A program made the translations under genes and the position numbers. From Eubacteriales bacterium (GTDB lineage: Bacteria; Bacillota; Clostridia; Oscillospirales; QAKW01), in assembly GCA_045636365.1 (NCBI GenBank), contig JAZTXG010000029.1, positions 22,086-86,085 of the forward strand: a stretch of 64,000 bases of DNA, given 5' to 3'. How positions within the stretch are numbered: position 1 is the stretch's first letter; each line of letters opens with the position of its first letter. The notes under the pieces were generated by a model. That model searched no databases and had not been told where the DNA came from. It saw only the letters and a list, made by a program, of their open reading frames with translations. Below are positions 47,125 through 58,684 of the stretch, piece by piece.

Positions 47125-48657
47125 ATGTCTGAGTTTGAAAAGATGGAAGGCTTGCAAGAGGCTATCGAGCTGGATGAATTAGAGGCTTTAGTCGGCGAAT
47201 TCACCCTGAGCGATTTGGCGGAATTCGATGAAGAATTGGAATTCGATGCAGCCGATCTTGATTTAATTAAACCGGCCTATACAACCAAAGAAAAGATGAA
47301 GTTCCTGCTGATGAACAATACGGTGTTCTCCATCATTAAATGGTGTTTTGCAGGGCTGGGTCTGGTTGGATTGGTTTTATATATTCTGGCGATGGTCGAT
47401 GTCGGGATCAGCGAAGGCCTTTCCCAGACACTTGCGGCAGGAGTCAGCAATGCACTTGCTTCTGTATCCAATCTGCTGTCCATCTCCCTGCTGGAGATCT
47501 TGGCAGCGGTTGTTATCGTCGGTGTCTTGGGCTATGCCGGATTTTTGGTGTATAAGACCATCAAAGAAAAAGAAGGCATCAAGATCGCCGGTTTCTGGGT
47601 GCAGTTCGCTTATGTTCTGCTCGCCATTTTCGGTACCGGTTTCTTGATCTATACCATGGCATACGGTGTCACTACCAACCGTGCCCGTCTGTACAATAAA
47701 GAAGAATTTGAATATAAGCCGAATTTATTCTATGAGCAGTCTTTGCACAGCGGCACCATCTACTATGTAGATCAGGTAAACGATGCCGCGGTAGACGGTA
47801 TTCAGAATCAGACCATTTTCTATACCGAAACAGGCCATTCTCGTTATGCTTCCACCGGTTCCTCTTTGGCAGATATCAGCAAAGCAGTGAATGCTTGCTA
47901 TATGCTGGCCGCGGAAGATTATCCCTTCCTGAAGGGTGAAGTTGTCGATGCAAAGCCTTTGCTGCTTTCTCCGATGTATACCGCAATGGGTATCGGCAGT
48001 ATGTATAGCCCCCTCACCGGTGAAATCCTTGTCAACACCGATTATCCCGAATTGGCAATCCCCATGCAGGTTGCCCGCGCGATTGCAAAGCAACGCGGTA
48101 TTACAAACGATGCCGATGCAAAGTTCATCGCCTTCTTGGTTTGCTCCAAGTATGCCGATCAGCTTTCCCAGATGAACACACCGTACAATTTCGACTATAT
48201 TAAATATTCCGCTTATATGGATGCTTATATGGAAGTTGGTTCGGTTTCTTATGATGTAAATAAGAATATTCACCTTTATTGCTCTGCGCCGTTGAAAGAG
48301 ACCGCGAAGAAAGATTTTATCGCTTATGTGGATCAAATCGATGCGCTGTATGGCAATATCAACACCTTGGAATTCATCGCCGCCGGCTCCAAGACCAGCA
48401 CTGCGGCTTATCAGGATCTTCCCAAGCTGTTGTATGTCGATTTCAATACCCGTGTCAATTCCAATAAACTGGCGTTACATTGGGTTGCAGGAGAAGGCAA
48501 GCCCGGTGCAGTTCCGTTGCAATCGGCGAAATATCAATATGCCAGATACCTGATCTCCTATTTCCATAATGTGGAAAAAGAATTCGCCGGTGAAGCGAGC
48601 GATCTTTATGAGGAGTATAATCCCGAGGTTCCTGTAAACGACGGCTCTTTAGTTTAA
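47125..48657 (+). CDS. DUF3810-like membrane protein with degenerate zincin motif
   Basis: 3 TM helices; YSPLTGEILVN; ARAIAKQRG at the HExxH position; acidic N-terminus. Confidence 0.65.
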   Translation: MSEFEKMEGLQEAIELDELEALVGEFTLSDLAEFDEELEFDAADLDLIKPAYTTKEKMKFLLMNNTVFSIIKWCFAGLGLVGLVLYILAMVDVGISEGLSQTLAAGVSNALASVSNLLSISLLEILAAVVIVGVLGYAGFLVYKTIKEKEGIKIAGFWVQFAYVLLAIFGTGFLIYTMAYGVTTNRARLYNKEEFEYKPNLFYEQSLHSGTIYYVDQVNDAAVDGIQNQTIFYTETGHSRYASTGSSLADISKAVNACYMLAAEDYPFLKGEVVDAKPLLLSPMYTAMGIGSMYSPLTGEILVNTDYPELAIPMQVARAIAKQRGITNDADAKFIAFLVCSKYADQLSQMNTPYNFDYIKYSAYMDAYMEVGSVSYDVNKNIHLYCSAPLKETAKKDFIAYVDQIDALYGNINTLEFIAAGSKTSTAAYQDLPKLLYVDFNTRVNSNKLALHWVAGEGKPGAVPLQSAKYQYARYLISYFHNVEKEFAGEASDLYEEYNPEVPVNDGSLV

Positions 48658-48770
48658 AAAATAAAAAGTTCCCTTCGATGGCGAAGGGAACTTTTTTTCA
48701 GGCCTATATATAAATATAAGAAGAAAAAGCGATCCTCCATGGAGGATCGCTTTTAACTTGCATGATAGGA

Positions 48771-48995
48771 TTAGTCCAAATTCATAGAATTCAGAAGATC
48801 GCGCAGGGCCTTGAGTTCTTCGTCGGTAAAGGAAACACCTTTGTTCATCTTGGTGCCGTCCGGAGACCATTCGCGCAGATCATACTTGGGGGCACGCTCC
48901 ATCCAGCTGATCTTATTGAGCTGCTTTGCCCAACCGCTGGCGTTTTCGGGAAGATCGCCGAAGTGCTCGGTAATTTCGTATTTGAATTCTGCCAC
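48771..48995 (-). CDS. PC4/YdbC-family ssDNA-binding protein
   Basis: GWAKQLN.ISW....KYDLREW.PD..KM.KGVS. Confidence 0.9.
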   Translation of the reverse strand: MAEFKYEITEHFGDLPENASGWAKQLNKISWMERAPKYDLREWSPDGTKMNKGVSFTDEELKALRDLLNSMNLD

Positions 48996-49116
48996 TTTAA
49001 CCACTCCTTCTTTTAATTAATAGTATATATGTACTATTAATAATATTATATAAGGTAAGGATATGAAATGTCAAGAATAATTCACATTATATTTACAAAA
49101 AAATGTATTTTAGGTG

Positions 49117-49179
49117 TTGACAATGGGTATAAAAAGTGTTAAAGTATGGTTGTTAGCACTCGTAAGTCGAGAGTGCTAA
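49117..49179 (+). promoter_or_regulatory. SigA promoter and CIRCE element
   Basis: TTGACA 49117-22; TTAGCACTC-N9-GAGTGCTAA at 49153-49179. Confidence 0.95.
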
Positions 49180-49202
49180 AAATTGAAAAGGCAGGTAAGA
49201 GG

Positions 49203-50228
49203 ATGAAGGATCGGCTGAATATTATCTTAAAATCGGCAGTAGAAGCCTATGTGGATACAGGCGAACCGGTTTCCTCCAAATTGATATTAGCGCGGGAAGG
49301 CTTGGATGTTTCCTCTGCGACCATTCGTAATGACCTTGCGGAATTGGAGCGGGAAGGCTATCTGGAGCAGCCCCATACCAGCGCAGGAAGAATCCCCACC
49401 GAGAAAGGGTATCGGTATTATGTGGACCACCTGCTGCAATCCACCGGTCTTTCGGTGGAGCGGGCGGCCATCTTAGATGAAGTGGTGGGGGATCCCGCCG
49501 GCAATGTGGATGAGTTTTTAAAACACGCATTGTCCCGCTTCTCGGAGATTACAGGCTATACCGCCGCCGCGGTCATCAGCCATTCCGATGAAGATCGCAT
49601 CATTAAGGTGGAGCTGGTCAAGACCGCGGATAACTGCTTAAATCTTGTCGCCATCACCCGCAGCGGAACGGTGAAAAATAGTTTCTGCCGCTTTTATTTC
49701 TTGGCAGACGATGATGAAATAGCAACCCTTTCGGAAATGCTCAATTCCTTTTTGGGCGATGTCAGCTTCACGCGTCTGACCGATGAGGATTTTGAAGAAT
49801 TGGAAACCAAGCTTTCCACCCTCCATTCCAATTGGAATTTTCTGGCGGGTGTGGTCAAGAATATGGTCAATTCCATTCGCAACCCCAAGGTGTTTGTATC
49901 GGGGCAGAGCAACCTGCTCTCGCATCCCGAATTTTATGAAGTGCATAAGGTGCAGAATGTGATGCGCTTTTTAAGCCACGAAGAAGAGATCCGCAACCTT
50001 TTGAGCGTGCAGGGTGGGGAAGAGCTTTCCATCGCCATCGGCAGCGAGATCGCGGGGATGGATTTCGGCGATATGGGCCTCATTGTCCGTAAGTATGGAA
50101 GCCGATCGGGCTTTGGCGCGATCAGTCTGCTGGGCCCCAAGCGGATGGACTATGGTGCCAACGCTTCCCAGGTGGAATATTTCGCCAAATGCATTGAGCA
50201 ATATTTGAAAGACAGAGAGGGATCCTGA
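49203..50228 (+). CDS. hrcA: Heat-inducible transcription repressor
   Basis: SSATIRNDLA.LE..GYL.QPHTSAGRIPT.KGYR.YV, GPKRMDY. Confidence 0.96.
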   Translation: MKDRLNIILKSAVEAYVDTGEPVSSKLILAREGLDVSSATIRNDLAELEREGYLEQPHTSAGRIPTEKGYRYYVDHLLQSTGLSVERAAILDEVVGDPAGNVDEFLKHALSRFSEITGYTAAAVISHSDEDRIIKVELVKTADNCLNLVAITRSGTVKNSFCRFYFLADDDEIATLSEMLNSFLGDVSFTRLTDEDFEELETKLSTLHSNWNFLAGVVKNMVNSIRNPKVFVSGQSNLLSHPEFYEVHKVQNVMRFLSHEEEIRNLLSVQGGEELSIAIGSEIAGMDFGDMGLIVRKYGSRSGFGAISLLGPKRMDYGANASQVEYFAKCIEQYLKDREGS

Positions 50229-50752
50229 TGGACGAAAATCAAAAAGCAGCGGCTGCCGAGCAGGCAACCGAAGCGAAAGTAGAAGAAAAAGCAAAGACTC
50301 CCAAAAAGAAGAAAAAGAACGAATGGGAAGAAAAATATAACGCGGAACACGATCAATACCTGCGTTTATATGCAGAATATGATAATTTCCGCAAGCGAAC
50401 CGCGCGGGAGCGGGACCGCTTGGTGGGCGACGGAGTATCCAAAGCCATCGAAGCGATTTTGCCCGCCATCGATAATTTGGAGCGCGCCATTGCGGCGGCG
50501 CCCGAAGGGGAAGAAGGAATGAAGAACGGTGTGGAGATGGTTCTGCGCCAACTGCTGGACGCCCTGAAAAATATTGGGGTGACCCCCATCGGCGAAAAGG
50601 GTGAAAAATTCGATCCCAATCGCCATGAAGCCATTATGCACATAGAAGATCCCGAGCTGGGCGAGGACGAAATCGTCGAAGTCTTTCAGCGGGGCTATGT
50701 ATATAAAGAAGAAACTGTGATCCGACCGGCGGTCGTGAAGACAGCAAACTAA
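50228..50752 (+). CDS. grpE: Nucleotide exchange factor
   Basis: AEYDNFRKR, FDPNRHEA, RPAVV. Confidence 0.96.
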   Translation: MDENQKAAAAEQATEAKVEEKAKTPKKKKKNEWEEKYNAEHDQYLRLYAEYDNFRKRTARERDRLVGDGVSKAIEAILPAIDNLERAIAAAPEGEEGMKNGVEMVLRQLLDALKNIGVTPIGEKGEKFDPNRHEAIMHIEDPELGEDEIVEVFQRGYVYKEETVIRPAVVKTAN

Positions 50753-50779
50753 TTAATAATCAAAAGGAGATAGAAGATT

Positions 50780-52609
50780 ATGAGTAAGATTATCGGAATT
50801 GACTTAGGTACAACCAATAGCTGCGTCGCTGTTATGGAAGGCGGCGAGCCTACTGTTATTACCAATAGCGAAGGCGCCCGCACCACCCCCTCTGTTGTCG
50901 CATTCAGCAAGGCCGGTGAGCGGATGGTCGGCCAGCCCGCAAAGCGTCAGGCAGTAACCAACCCTGACCGCACCATCGCTTCCATCAAGCGCGATATGGG
51001 TTCTGCCCGCAGAATCAATATCGATGGCAAGGATTATTCCCCCGAAGAGATCTCTGCATTCACCCTGATGAAGCTGAAGGCGGATGCCGAAGCCTTTTTG
51101 GGCGAGCCGGTCACCGAAGCGGTCATCACCGTTCCCGCTTATTTCAGCGATTCCCAACGCCAAGCCACCAAGGATGCCGGTCGCATCGCAGGCTTGGAAG
51201 TAAAGAGAATTATCAACGAGCCCACCGCAGCCGCTTTGGCTTATGGTGTGGATAAAGAAGGCGACCAGAAGATTATGGTCTACGACTTGGGCGGCGGTAC
51301 CTTCGACGTTTCCATTCTGGAAATCGGCGACGGTGTCTGCGAAGTTCTGGCAACCGCCGGTAATAACCGCCTGGGCGGCGATGATTTCGATGAGCGCATC
51401 ATCGATTGGATGGCTGCCGACTTTAAAGCGGCTAACGGCATCGACCTGAAGGCCGATAATATGGCCAACCAGCGCTTGAAAGAAGCGGCTGAAAAAGCCA
51501 AGATCGAGCTTTCCAGCGGTATGTCCACCAATATCAACCTGCCCTTCATCAGCGGCGGCCCTGCAGGTCCTCTCCATCTGGATATGACTCTGACTCGTGC
51601 CAAGTTCAACGAACTGACTGCCGATCTGGTGGAAGGCACCATGGGCCCTGTCCGTCAAGCTTTGCAGGATTCCGGCCTGACTCCTTCTGAGATCAAGAAA
51701 GTTCTGCTGGTCGGCGGTTCCACCCGTATCCCCGCGGTTGCCGAAGCCATCAGCAAGTTTATGGGTCAGGAAGCCCATAAGGGCATCAACCCCGATGAAT
51801 GTGTTGCTTGCGGCGCTGCCATCCAAGGCGGTGTTCTGGGCGGCGACGTCAAGGGCGTTGTCCTGCTGGATGTCACCCCGCTTTCTTTGGGTCTGGAGAC
51901 TCTGGGCGGTGTGTTCACCAAATTGATCGAAAGAAATACCACCATCCCCACCAAGAAGAGCCAGATCTTCTCCACTGCGGCAGATAATCAGCCCAGCGTT
52001 GAGATCCATGTTCTGCAGGGTGAGCGCGAGATGGCGGCCGCCAATAAGACCTTGGGCAGATTCCAGCTCACCGGTATTGCTCCCGCTCCCCGCGGTGTGC
52101 CCCAGATCGAAGTAACCTTCGATATCGATGCCAACGGTATCGTTAATGTATCTGCGAAGGACCTGGGTACCGGTCAGGAGCAGAAGATCACCATTACCGC
52201 TTCCACCAACCTCTCCAAGGAAGAGATCGAAAAAGCAGTGAAGGATGCCGAAGCTTGCGCAGCCGAGGATAAGAAACTGAAGGAATCCATCGAGATCCGC
52301 AATAATGCCGACCAGATGGTTTACCAGACCGAGAAATTGATGAAGGATGCCGGCGATAAGCTGGATGAATCCGATAAGACCGCGGTCAATGCCGAGCTGG
52401 ATAAGGTGAAGGAAGCCCTGAAGGGTACCGATACCGATGCTATCAAAGCAGCCACCGAAGGTTTGCAGAATAAGCTGTATGAACTTTCTTCCAAGATCTA
52501 TGCTCAAAACCCTGAAGCAGCCGCTGCAGCCGGCGCCGATGCCGGTGCCGCAGGCAATGCCGAGGGTGTCTATGATGCCGATTTCAAGGATGTAGACGAA
52601 AATAAATAA
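50780..52609 (+). CDS. dnaK: Chaperone DnaK
   Basis: [25 protein letters not shown]. Confidence 0.99.
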   Translation: MSKIIGIDLGTTNSCVAVMEGGEPTVITNSEGARTTPSVVAFSKAGERMVGQPAKRQAVTNPDRTIASIKRDMGSARRINIDGKDYSPEEISAFTLMKLKADAEAFLGEPVTEAVITVPAYFSDSQRQATKDAGRIAGLEVKRIINEPTAAALAYGVDKEGDQKIMVYDLGGGTFDVSILEIGDGVCEVLATAGNNRLGGDDFDERIIDWMAADFKAANGIDLKADNMANQRLKEAAEKAKIELSSGMSTNINLPFISGGPAGPLHLDMTLTRAKFNELTADLVEGTMGPVRQALQDSGLTPSEIKKVLLVGGSTRIPAVAEAISKFMGQEAHKGINPDECVACGAAIQGGVLGGDVKGVVLLDVTPLSLGLETLGGVFTKLIERNTTIPTKKSQIFSTAADNQPSVEIHVLQGEREMAAANKTLGRFQLTGIAPAPRGVPQIEVTFDIDANGIVNVSAKDLGTGQEQKITITASTNLSKEEIEKAVKDAEACAAEDKKLKESIEIRNNADQMVYQTEKLMKDAGDKLDESDKTAVNAELDKVKEALKGTDTDAIKAATEGLQNKLYELSSKIYAQNPEAAAAAGADAGAAGNAEGVYDADFKDVDENK

Positions 52610-52656
52610 TTTAATATCGGGCAGGGGAACCTGCCCGATTCCCTATGGAGATTAGA

Positions 52657-53805
52657 ATGGCAGATAAAAGAGATTACTATGAGGTGCTTGGTCTATCCAA
52701 AGGCGCATCCGATGATGAGATCAAAAAATCCTTCCGCAAACTCGCCAAAAAATACCATCCCGACCTGAACCCCGGCGATAAAAGCGCCGAAGAAAAGTTC
52801 AAGGAAGTCAACGAAGCCTATGGTGTTCTTTCCGATCCGGAAAAGAAATCCCGCTACGATCAGTTTGGTCATGCAGGGGTGGATCCTTCCTATGGCGGCG
52901 GCGCAGGCGGCTTTGGCGGTATGGGCGGCATGGGCGATTTCGGCGATGTATTCAGTTCGTTCTTTGGCGGCATGGGCGGCTTTGGCGGATTCGGCGGCGG
53001 TGGTCGCCGCACCAATGCGCCCCGCAAAGGCGAAGATATTGAAACGATGGTCACCATCTCCTTCGAAGAAGCCGCGTTCGGCTGCGAAAAGGAGATTCAT
53101 CTTCGCCGCCGCAAGAGCTGTAAGCAATGCAACGGCACCGGCGCGAAGGGCGGGGTAGAGCTGGAGACCTGCCCCCAATGTAAAGGCAGCGGTGTGGTCA
53201 CCAGCGTTCAGCGCACCATTTTAGGCAATATTCAATCCCAAAGCACCTGCCCCACCTGCGGCGGGCGCGGGAAAAAGATTAAAGTTCCTTGCCCCCATTG
53301 TCAGGGCGGGATCATCACCGAAGATAAAAAGATCAAGGTCACCATCCCTGCGGGTATTGATAACGATCAGACCTTAACAATGCGGAATCAAGCCCACGCG
53401 GGCAGTAATGGCGGCCCCGATGGCGATGTCTATATCGGCATCCGTGTCCGCCCCCACGCATTGTTTGAGCGGCGGGGTACCGATCTTTATTGCAAGATCC
53501 CCGTCAGCTTCACCGATGCCACCTTGGGCACCAAATTGCAGGTCCCCACATTGGATGGCAAGGTGGAATATGACCTGCCCGAAGGAACCCAGACCGGCAG
53601 CACCTTCCGCTTCCGCGGCAAGGGTGTCACCCGCATCAATTCCAAGGCGAAGGGCGATCTTTATGTCACCGTGGAGGTGGAAATCCCCCGCGGTCTTTCC
53701 AAAAAGCAAAAGGAACTGCTCAAGGAATTTGCCAAAACCCTCGACCATAAGAATTTTGAAAAACGTAATACATTTATGGAAAAGCTTTCCAAATTATTCA
53801 AATGA
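52657..53805 (+). CDS. dnaJ: Chaperone DnaJ
   Basis: J-domain HPD, G/F region, CxxCxGxG repeats. Confidence 0.98.
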   Translation: MADKRDYYEVLGLSKGASDDEIKKSFRKLAKKYHPDLNPGDKSAEEKFKEVNEAYGVLSDPEKKSRYDQFGHAGVDPSYGGGAGGFGGMGGMGDFGDVFSSFFGGMGGFGGFGGGGRRTNAPRKGEDIETMVTISFEEAAFGCEKEIHLRRRKSCKQCNGTGAKGGVELETCPQCKGSGVVTSVQRTILGNIQSQSTCPTCGGRGKKIKVPCPHCQGGIITEDKKIKVTIPAGIDNDQTLTMRNQAHAGSNGGPDGDVYIGIRVRPHALFERRGTDLYCKIPVSFTDATLGTKLQVPTLDGKVEYDLPEGTQTGSTFRFRGKGVTRINSKAKGDLYVTVEVEIPRGLSKKQKELLKEFAKTLDHKNFEKRNTFMEKLSKLFK

Positions 53806-53898
53806 TAAATGCCCAACCAATTCGGTTGGGCATTTATTATTTTTAATGTATAAAAATCCATTCTTTCCCCCAAAATAGAAGAAAAAGGAGGAAGAAGA

Positions 53899-55200
53899 AT
53901 GAAACGTATTTTATCAATTCTTTGTATTGCACTATTGATTTTAGGCTGCCTTTCGGGCTGCGCCCGCGGCGGCGGGGAAGGCGCGGTTTATTATCTCAAT
54001 TTTAAGCCGGAGCAGGATGCCCAATGGAAGGCATTGGCGAAGACTTATACCGAAGAGACCGGTGTGAAGGTGACGGTGGTCACCGCAGCGGCAGGCACCT
54101 ATGAAGATACCTTGGCGGCGGAGATTGTTAAAAGTACACCGCCGACCATGTTCCAAGTCAACGGCCCTGTGGGCTTGGCGGGCTGGAAGGACTATTGCTA
54201 TGACCTTTCCGATTCCGCGGTTTATAATCAACTGACCGATGACGACTTTGTTCTGGAAGAAGACGATAAAATCTATGGTATCGCCTATGTTCTGGAAACC
54301 TATGGATTGATTTATAATAAGAAACTGCTGGACCGCTATTTTGCGCTGGATAACGCGAAGGTGAAAGCGCTGAATGATGTTCGGTCTTTTGATACTTTTA
54401 AAGCGCTGGTGGAGGATATTCAGGCCAATAAGGAGACGCTGGGCATCCAAGGCGCCTTCACCTCGGCAGGCATGGATTCTTCCTCCGATTGGCGGTTTAA
54501 GACCCATCTGGCGAACCTGCCCATTTATTATGAATATGAACAGGAGGATATCGATCTTTCTCCCGCCATTAAAGGCACTTATCTCAAAGAATATCGGGCG
54601 ATTTGGGATCTTTACCTGAAGAATGCCACCTGCGCTCCTGGCGAGATCGGCGCCAAGACCGCCGATGACGCAACCAACGAATTTAATAACGGTGAAGCGG
54701 TCTTTTATCAAAACGGAACCTGGGCATGGGGCGAAGCCATGGAGCAAAAGATCGGCGCAGAAAATGTTGGGATGCTGCCCATCTATATCGGTGCAGAAGG
54801 CGAAGAAGACCAAGGCTTATGCACCGGCAGTGAAAACTATTGGTGCGTCAATAAAACCGCCTCCGAGCAGGATATCCAAGCCACCTTGGACTTTATGGAA
54901 TGGGTGGTCACCTCCGAAGCAGGGACCAAAGCATTGGCGGAAGAGATGGGCTTTGTCAGCCCCTTTAAAAATGCCAAAAAATCCACCAACCCCTTAATCA
55001 AAGCGGCAGATCAACTGCTCAGCGAGGGGAAAACGCCGGTCTCCTGGGATTTTTCCACCATCCCTTCGGATCAATGGAAGGATGGCGTGGGTGCCGCGTT
55101 GCTTGCCTATGCTCAAGGCGGGATGACCGATGCCCTTTGGAAGAATGTGGAAACCGCTTTTGTGGATGGCTGGCGGAAAGAGTATAACGCCGCCCACTGA
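53899..55200 (+). CDS. Sugar ABC transporter substrate-binding lipoprotein
   Basis: Lipobox LSGC; YYLNFKPE; FYQNGTW. Confidence 0.9.
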   Translation: MKRILSILCIALLILGCLSGCARGGGEGAVYYLNFKPEQDAQWKALAKTYTEETGVKVTVVTAAAGTYEDTLAAEIVKSTPPTMFQVNGPVGLAGWKDYCYDLSDSAVYNQLTDDDFVLEEDDKIYGIAYVLETYGLIYNKKLLDRYFALDNAKVKALNDVRSFDTFKALVEDIQANKETLGIQGAFTSAGMDSSSDWRFKTHLANLPIYYEYEQEDIDLSPAIKGTYLKEYRAIWDLYLKNATCAPGEIGAKTADDATNEFNNGEAVFYQNGTWAWGEAMEQKIGAENVGMLPIYIGAEGEEDQGLCTGSENYWCVNKTASEQDIQATLDFMEWVVTSEAGTKALAEEMGFVSPFKNAKKSTNPLIKAADQLLSEGKTPVSWDFSTIPSDQWKDGVGAALLAYAQGGMTDALWKNVETAFVDGWRKEYNAAH

Positions 55201-55201
55201 T

Positions 55202-56053
55202 ATGAATAGAACACTCAAGCGGTGGTTCCCGCTCTTTCTGCTCCCCACGCTGATTGCCTTTGTGATCGGCTTTGTGGTCCCCTTTTTTGTGGGGCTGTAT
55301 CTTTCCTTTTGTGAATTTGCCACCATTGAAAATCCCACCTTTGTGGGCTTTGCCAATTACCTGCGGGTGTTTACCGCCGATAGCAATTTTTGGTATTCCT
55401 TCGGATTCACCGCGCTGTTTACCTTGGTCTCGGTGGTGCTGATCAATCTTTGCGCCTTTGCGGTGGCGCTGGCGCTTACCCGCGGCATCCGCGGAACCAA
55501 TCTCTTCCGAACCTTGTTTTTTATGCCCAATCTCATCGGCGGCATTGTTCTGGGCTATATCTGGAAAATGATTTTGAACTATGGTGTTTTGATCCCCTTA
55601 TTCGGCAAGGATCTCAGCTATAATTCCGCCTTCGGTTTTTGGGGCTTGGTGGTGGTGTTGGCTTGGCAACAGATCGGTTATATGATGATTATCTATATTT
55701 CAGGCCTGCAGTCGGTCCCCGAAGAACTCAACGAAGCGGCAAAGATCGACGGTGCAGGGCGGTGGCAGATCTTAAGGCACGTCACCATCCCGATGGTGAT
55801 GCCCTCCATCACCATCTGCATCTTTCTGACCCTGACCAATTCCTTTAAACTCTATGACCAGAATTTGGCGCTGACCGACGGCAAACCCGGAAGAACGACC
55901 GAGATGCTGGCGATGGCGATTCGAAACACCTATGGGGTCACCCCCAAATCCCATGGTACTGCGCAGGCAATGGCGGTCATCTTCTTTTTGATCGTTGCCG
56001 CAATCGCCCTTTTTCAGCTCCGTAGCACCCATAAAAGGGAGGTGCAGCAATGA
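55202..56053 (+). CDS. Sugar ABC transporter permease
   Basis: EAAKIDGA (EAA loop); TM helices. Confidence 0.92.
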   Translation: MNRTLKRWFPLFLLPTLIAFVIGFVVPFFVGLYLSFCEFATIENPTFVGFANYLRVFTADSNFWYSFGFTALFTLVSVVLINLCAFAVALALTRGIRGTNLFRTLFFMPNLIGGIVLGYIWKMILNYGVLIPLFGKDLSYNSAFGFWGLVVVLAWQQIGYMMIIYISGLQSVPEELNEAAKIDGAGRWQILRHVTIPMVMPSITICIFLTLTNSFKLYDQNLALTDGKPGRTTEMLAMAIRNTYGVTPKSHGTAQAMAVIFFLIVAAIALFQLRSTHKREVQQ

Positions 56054-56889
56054 TGGAGAAGAAACGAAATCGATGGCTTACAGCGTTGTTTTCGGTCATC
56101 TGCGCCGTTTATATTTTCCCGCTTTTTGTATTGCTTTTTAATTCTTTTAAAACAAAAGAGAGTATCACCGGTCAGGTATTCGGTTTGCCTACCGCTCAAA
56201 GCTTTGTCGGATTGGAAAATTATCTTCGTGGAATCCGGTCCATCGACTTTTTCAGTTCGGTGGGGTACAGCTTGGTGGTGACGGTCGGCTCGGTGGCGCT
56301 GATTTTGATCTGCACCTCGATGTGCGCTTGGTATCTCAATCGGGTCGGCACCCGCTGGTGCAACGGCATCTATTATCTCTTTGTCTTCTCAATGGTGGTG
56401 CCGTTCCAGATGGTGATGTTTACTCTGCCGTATCTGGCGGATCGGCTGGGGTTGACCTCTCCTTGGACCATTCCGCTGGTGTATTTGGGCTTTGGTGCGG
56501 GGTTGGCGGTGTTTATGTTCACCGGCTTTGTCAAATCCATCCCCATCTCCATCGAAGAAGCGGCGATGATCGATGGCTGCAACCCGCTTGCCACCTTTTT
56601 TCGCGTGGTATTGCCGATTATGAAGCCCACCTATATCTCGGTGGCGATTTTGCAAACCATGTGGATCTGGAACGATTATCTGCTTCCCACGCTGGTGCTG
56701 GATAAAACCAAGGGGTATTATACCATCCCGATGGCGATCCAATCGGCGGTCACCGATAGCTACGGCTCGGTAGACTACGGCGCTTTTATGGCCTTGCTGG
56801 TGCTGGCGATCATCCCCATTGTCGTCTTTTATGCGTTGGCGCAAAAGCAGATCATCCGCGGGGTCATCTCCGGCGCGGTCAAAGGGTAA
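56050..56889 (+). CDS. Sugar ABC transporter permease
   Basis: EEAAMIDG, WNDYL, GAVKG. Confidence 0.92.
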   Translation: MMEKKRNRWLTALFSVICAVYIFPLFVLLFNSFKTKESITGQVFGLPTAQSFVGLENYLRGIRSIDFFSSVGYSLVVTVGSVALILICTSMCAWYLNRVGTRWCNGIYYLFVFSMVVPFQMVMFTLPYLADRLGLTSPWTIPLVYLGFGAGLAVFMFTGFVKSIPISIEEAAMIDGCNPLATFFRVVLPIMKPTYISVAILQTMWIWNDYLLPTLVLDKTKGYYTIPMAIQSAVTDSYGSVDYGAFMALLVLAIIPIVVFYALAQKQIIRGVISGAVKG

Positions 56890-56941
56890 AGTAAAAAAAT
56901 AAGACGGCAGAGAAGAAGTTCTCTGCCGTCAAAATATTTTA

Positions 56942-58498
56942 TTAGTCCGCGTCGATAACGCGTTCCATTTCCTGCTTTTGGGTTTCGGGATCGAAGTTAT
57001 ACATAGGCTCGATATCTTCGCCCTTCTTGACTCTCTTCAAGTAGTTGTTGGTAATCTTCAAAACCAAGGGGGACAATGCAAGAACACCGATCAAGTTGGG
57101 AATCATCATCAGACCGTTGAAGGTATCCGAGATATCCCAAGCAAGGGAAGAGGTGAGGACAGCGCCGAAGATAACGGTGCAAACATGGATAATACGGAAG
57201 ATAAAGGTAGTCTTAGCACCAAAGAGGTATTCCCATGCCTTGGAACCGTAGTGAGACCAGCCCAAAACGGTGGTGAAAGCAAAGAGGAACATGGCAATAG
57301 CGATAAACTTTTCGCCGATATTGCCCCAAGAGAATACCGAGTTAAAAGCACCGCCGACAAGGGTTGCATCGGTGTAGCCAGTAGCGATCTCACCGGTCAA
57401 GGCGTTGAACACACCGCCGTTCAGACCGCCGGCAGTAAGGATAACAAGAGCAGTCATGGTGCAGACGACCATGGTATCGGCAAATACTTCAAAGATACCC
57501 CACATACCCTGCTTTACAGGCTCCTTAATGTTGGAGTTGGAGTGGACCATAACCGAAGAACCGAGACCGGCTTCGTTGGAGAAAACACCGCGCTTGAAAC
57601 CTTGAGTAACGACCTTGCCGATGACCGCGCCGATTCCGCCGCCGACAAAGGCTTCGGGCTTAAAGGCATTGACAAAGATGGCCTTGAATGCGGGAAGAAT
57701 GTTGGCATAATTGATGCCGATGATGGCAAGGCTTCCGACAACGAAAAGGACAACCATAAAGGGAACAATCTTTTCGGCAACGTTAGCAATTCTCTTCAGA
57801 CCGCCAAGGGTAATAAGCGCAGTAAGTAACATAATGATTGCGCCGAGGATGATGTTGTAGAGAGAAACACCGCTAAACACTTCAATCGAAGAAAGAGCAG
57901 ATACGTCAAATGCTTGGGCTACGTTTGTAACGATTTTGTTGACCTGACCCATGCTGCCGATACCGAAAGAAGCCAGCATTGCGAAGATACAGAAAAGAAT
58001 GGCCAGGATTTTGCCAACATATTTCATACCCTTTTTCTTACCCAGACCGTCGGCAAGATAATACATAGCACCGCCGGACCATTCGTCGCTGTCATTCTTG
58101 CGGCGGAAATAGATACCGAGTACATTTTCTGCATAGTTGGTCATCATACCAAAGAATGCGGCCAGCCACATCCAGAACACAGCGCCGGCACCGCCGATGC
58201 TGATCGCTGCGGCAACACCTGCAATATTACCGGTACCGACCGTTGCGGCAAGCGCAGTGCAAAGGGCCTGGAAGGGAGAGATGGAACCCTTTTCATTGCT
58301 GTGCTTGATAACATCCTTGTTGAAAAGGCTGCCAAGAGTTTGCTTGAACCACAGGCCGATATGAGAAACCTGAAAGAACTTTGTCAGAACAGTAATGATG
58401 ATGCCTGTGCCGACTAGAAGAAGTAGACCGAAAGCACCCCAAACAACGCCGTTAATGTCGCCGTTGATGCTTTCAATCGTTTGCAAGATTTTGTCCAT
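56942..58498 (-). CDS. Alanine/glycine:cation symporter (AGCS family)
   Basis: ALAATVGTGNIAGVA, RGVFSNEAGLGS, EVFADT. Confidence 0.95.
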   Translation of the reverse strand: MDKILQTIESINGDINGVVWGAFGLLLLVGTGIIITVLTKFFQVSHIGLWFKQTLGSLFNKDVIKHSNEKGSISPFQALCTALAATVGTGNIAGVAAAISIGGAGAVFWMWLAAFFGMMTNYAENVLGIYFRRKNDSDEWSGGAMYYLADGLGKKKGMKYVGKILAILFCIFAMLASFGIGSMGQVNKIVTNVAQAFDVSALSSIEVFSGVSLYNIILGAIIMLLTALITLGGLKRIANVAEKIVPFMVVLFVVGSLAIIGINYANILPAFKAIFVNAFKPEAFVGGGIGAVIGKVVTQGFKRGVFSNEAGLGSSVMVHSNSNIKEPVKQGMWGIFEVFADTMVVCTMTALVILTAGGLNGGVFNALTGEIATGYTDATLVGGAFNSVFSWGNIGEKFIAIAMFLFAFTTVLGWSHYGSKAWEYLFGAKTTFIFRIIHVCTVIFGAVLTSSLAWDISDTFNGLMMIPNLIGVLALSPLVLKITNNYLKRVKKGEDIEPMYNFDPETQKQEMERVIDAD

Positions 58499-58606
58499 TG
58501 TCGATGAACCTCCTATAAATATTTTTACAAAATAAAAAAACGCCGCGATTTCTCGCAGCGAACTCTGTTGATAGAATATAAAAAGAGCATAAGGCCATTT
58601 TATATA

Positions 58607-58684
58607 ACTCTATCCTTTTGCCTGAGAGATTCGGCATCGCTGCCTTGCACCTTCGGCACCCAATTGAATGGGATTCTCCAGAGT
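58607..58684 (-). ncRNA. Glycine riboswitch (single aptamer)
   Basis: actctGGAGA...gCCGAAGGTGCAA...aaTCTCTCAGGcaaaaggatagagt upstream of the AGCS gene. Confidence 0.88.

Noticed and set aside
50804-52507. Long antisense ORFs (also 11023-12492, 20509-21897, 60073-61317)
   Set aside because: Mirror-frame shadows of codon-biased genes dnaK, pheT, OPT and gdhA; no RBS or recognisable motifs
52894-53007. GGC-rich repeat region
   Set aside because: Normal Gly/Phe-rich linker of DnaJ
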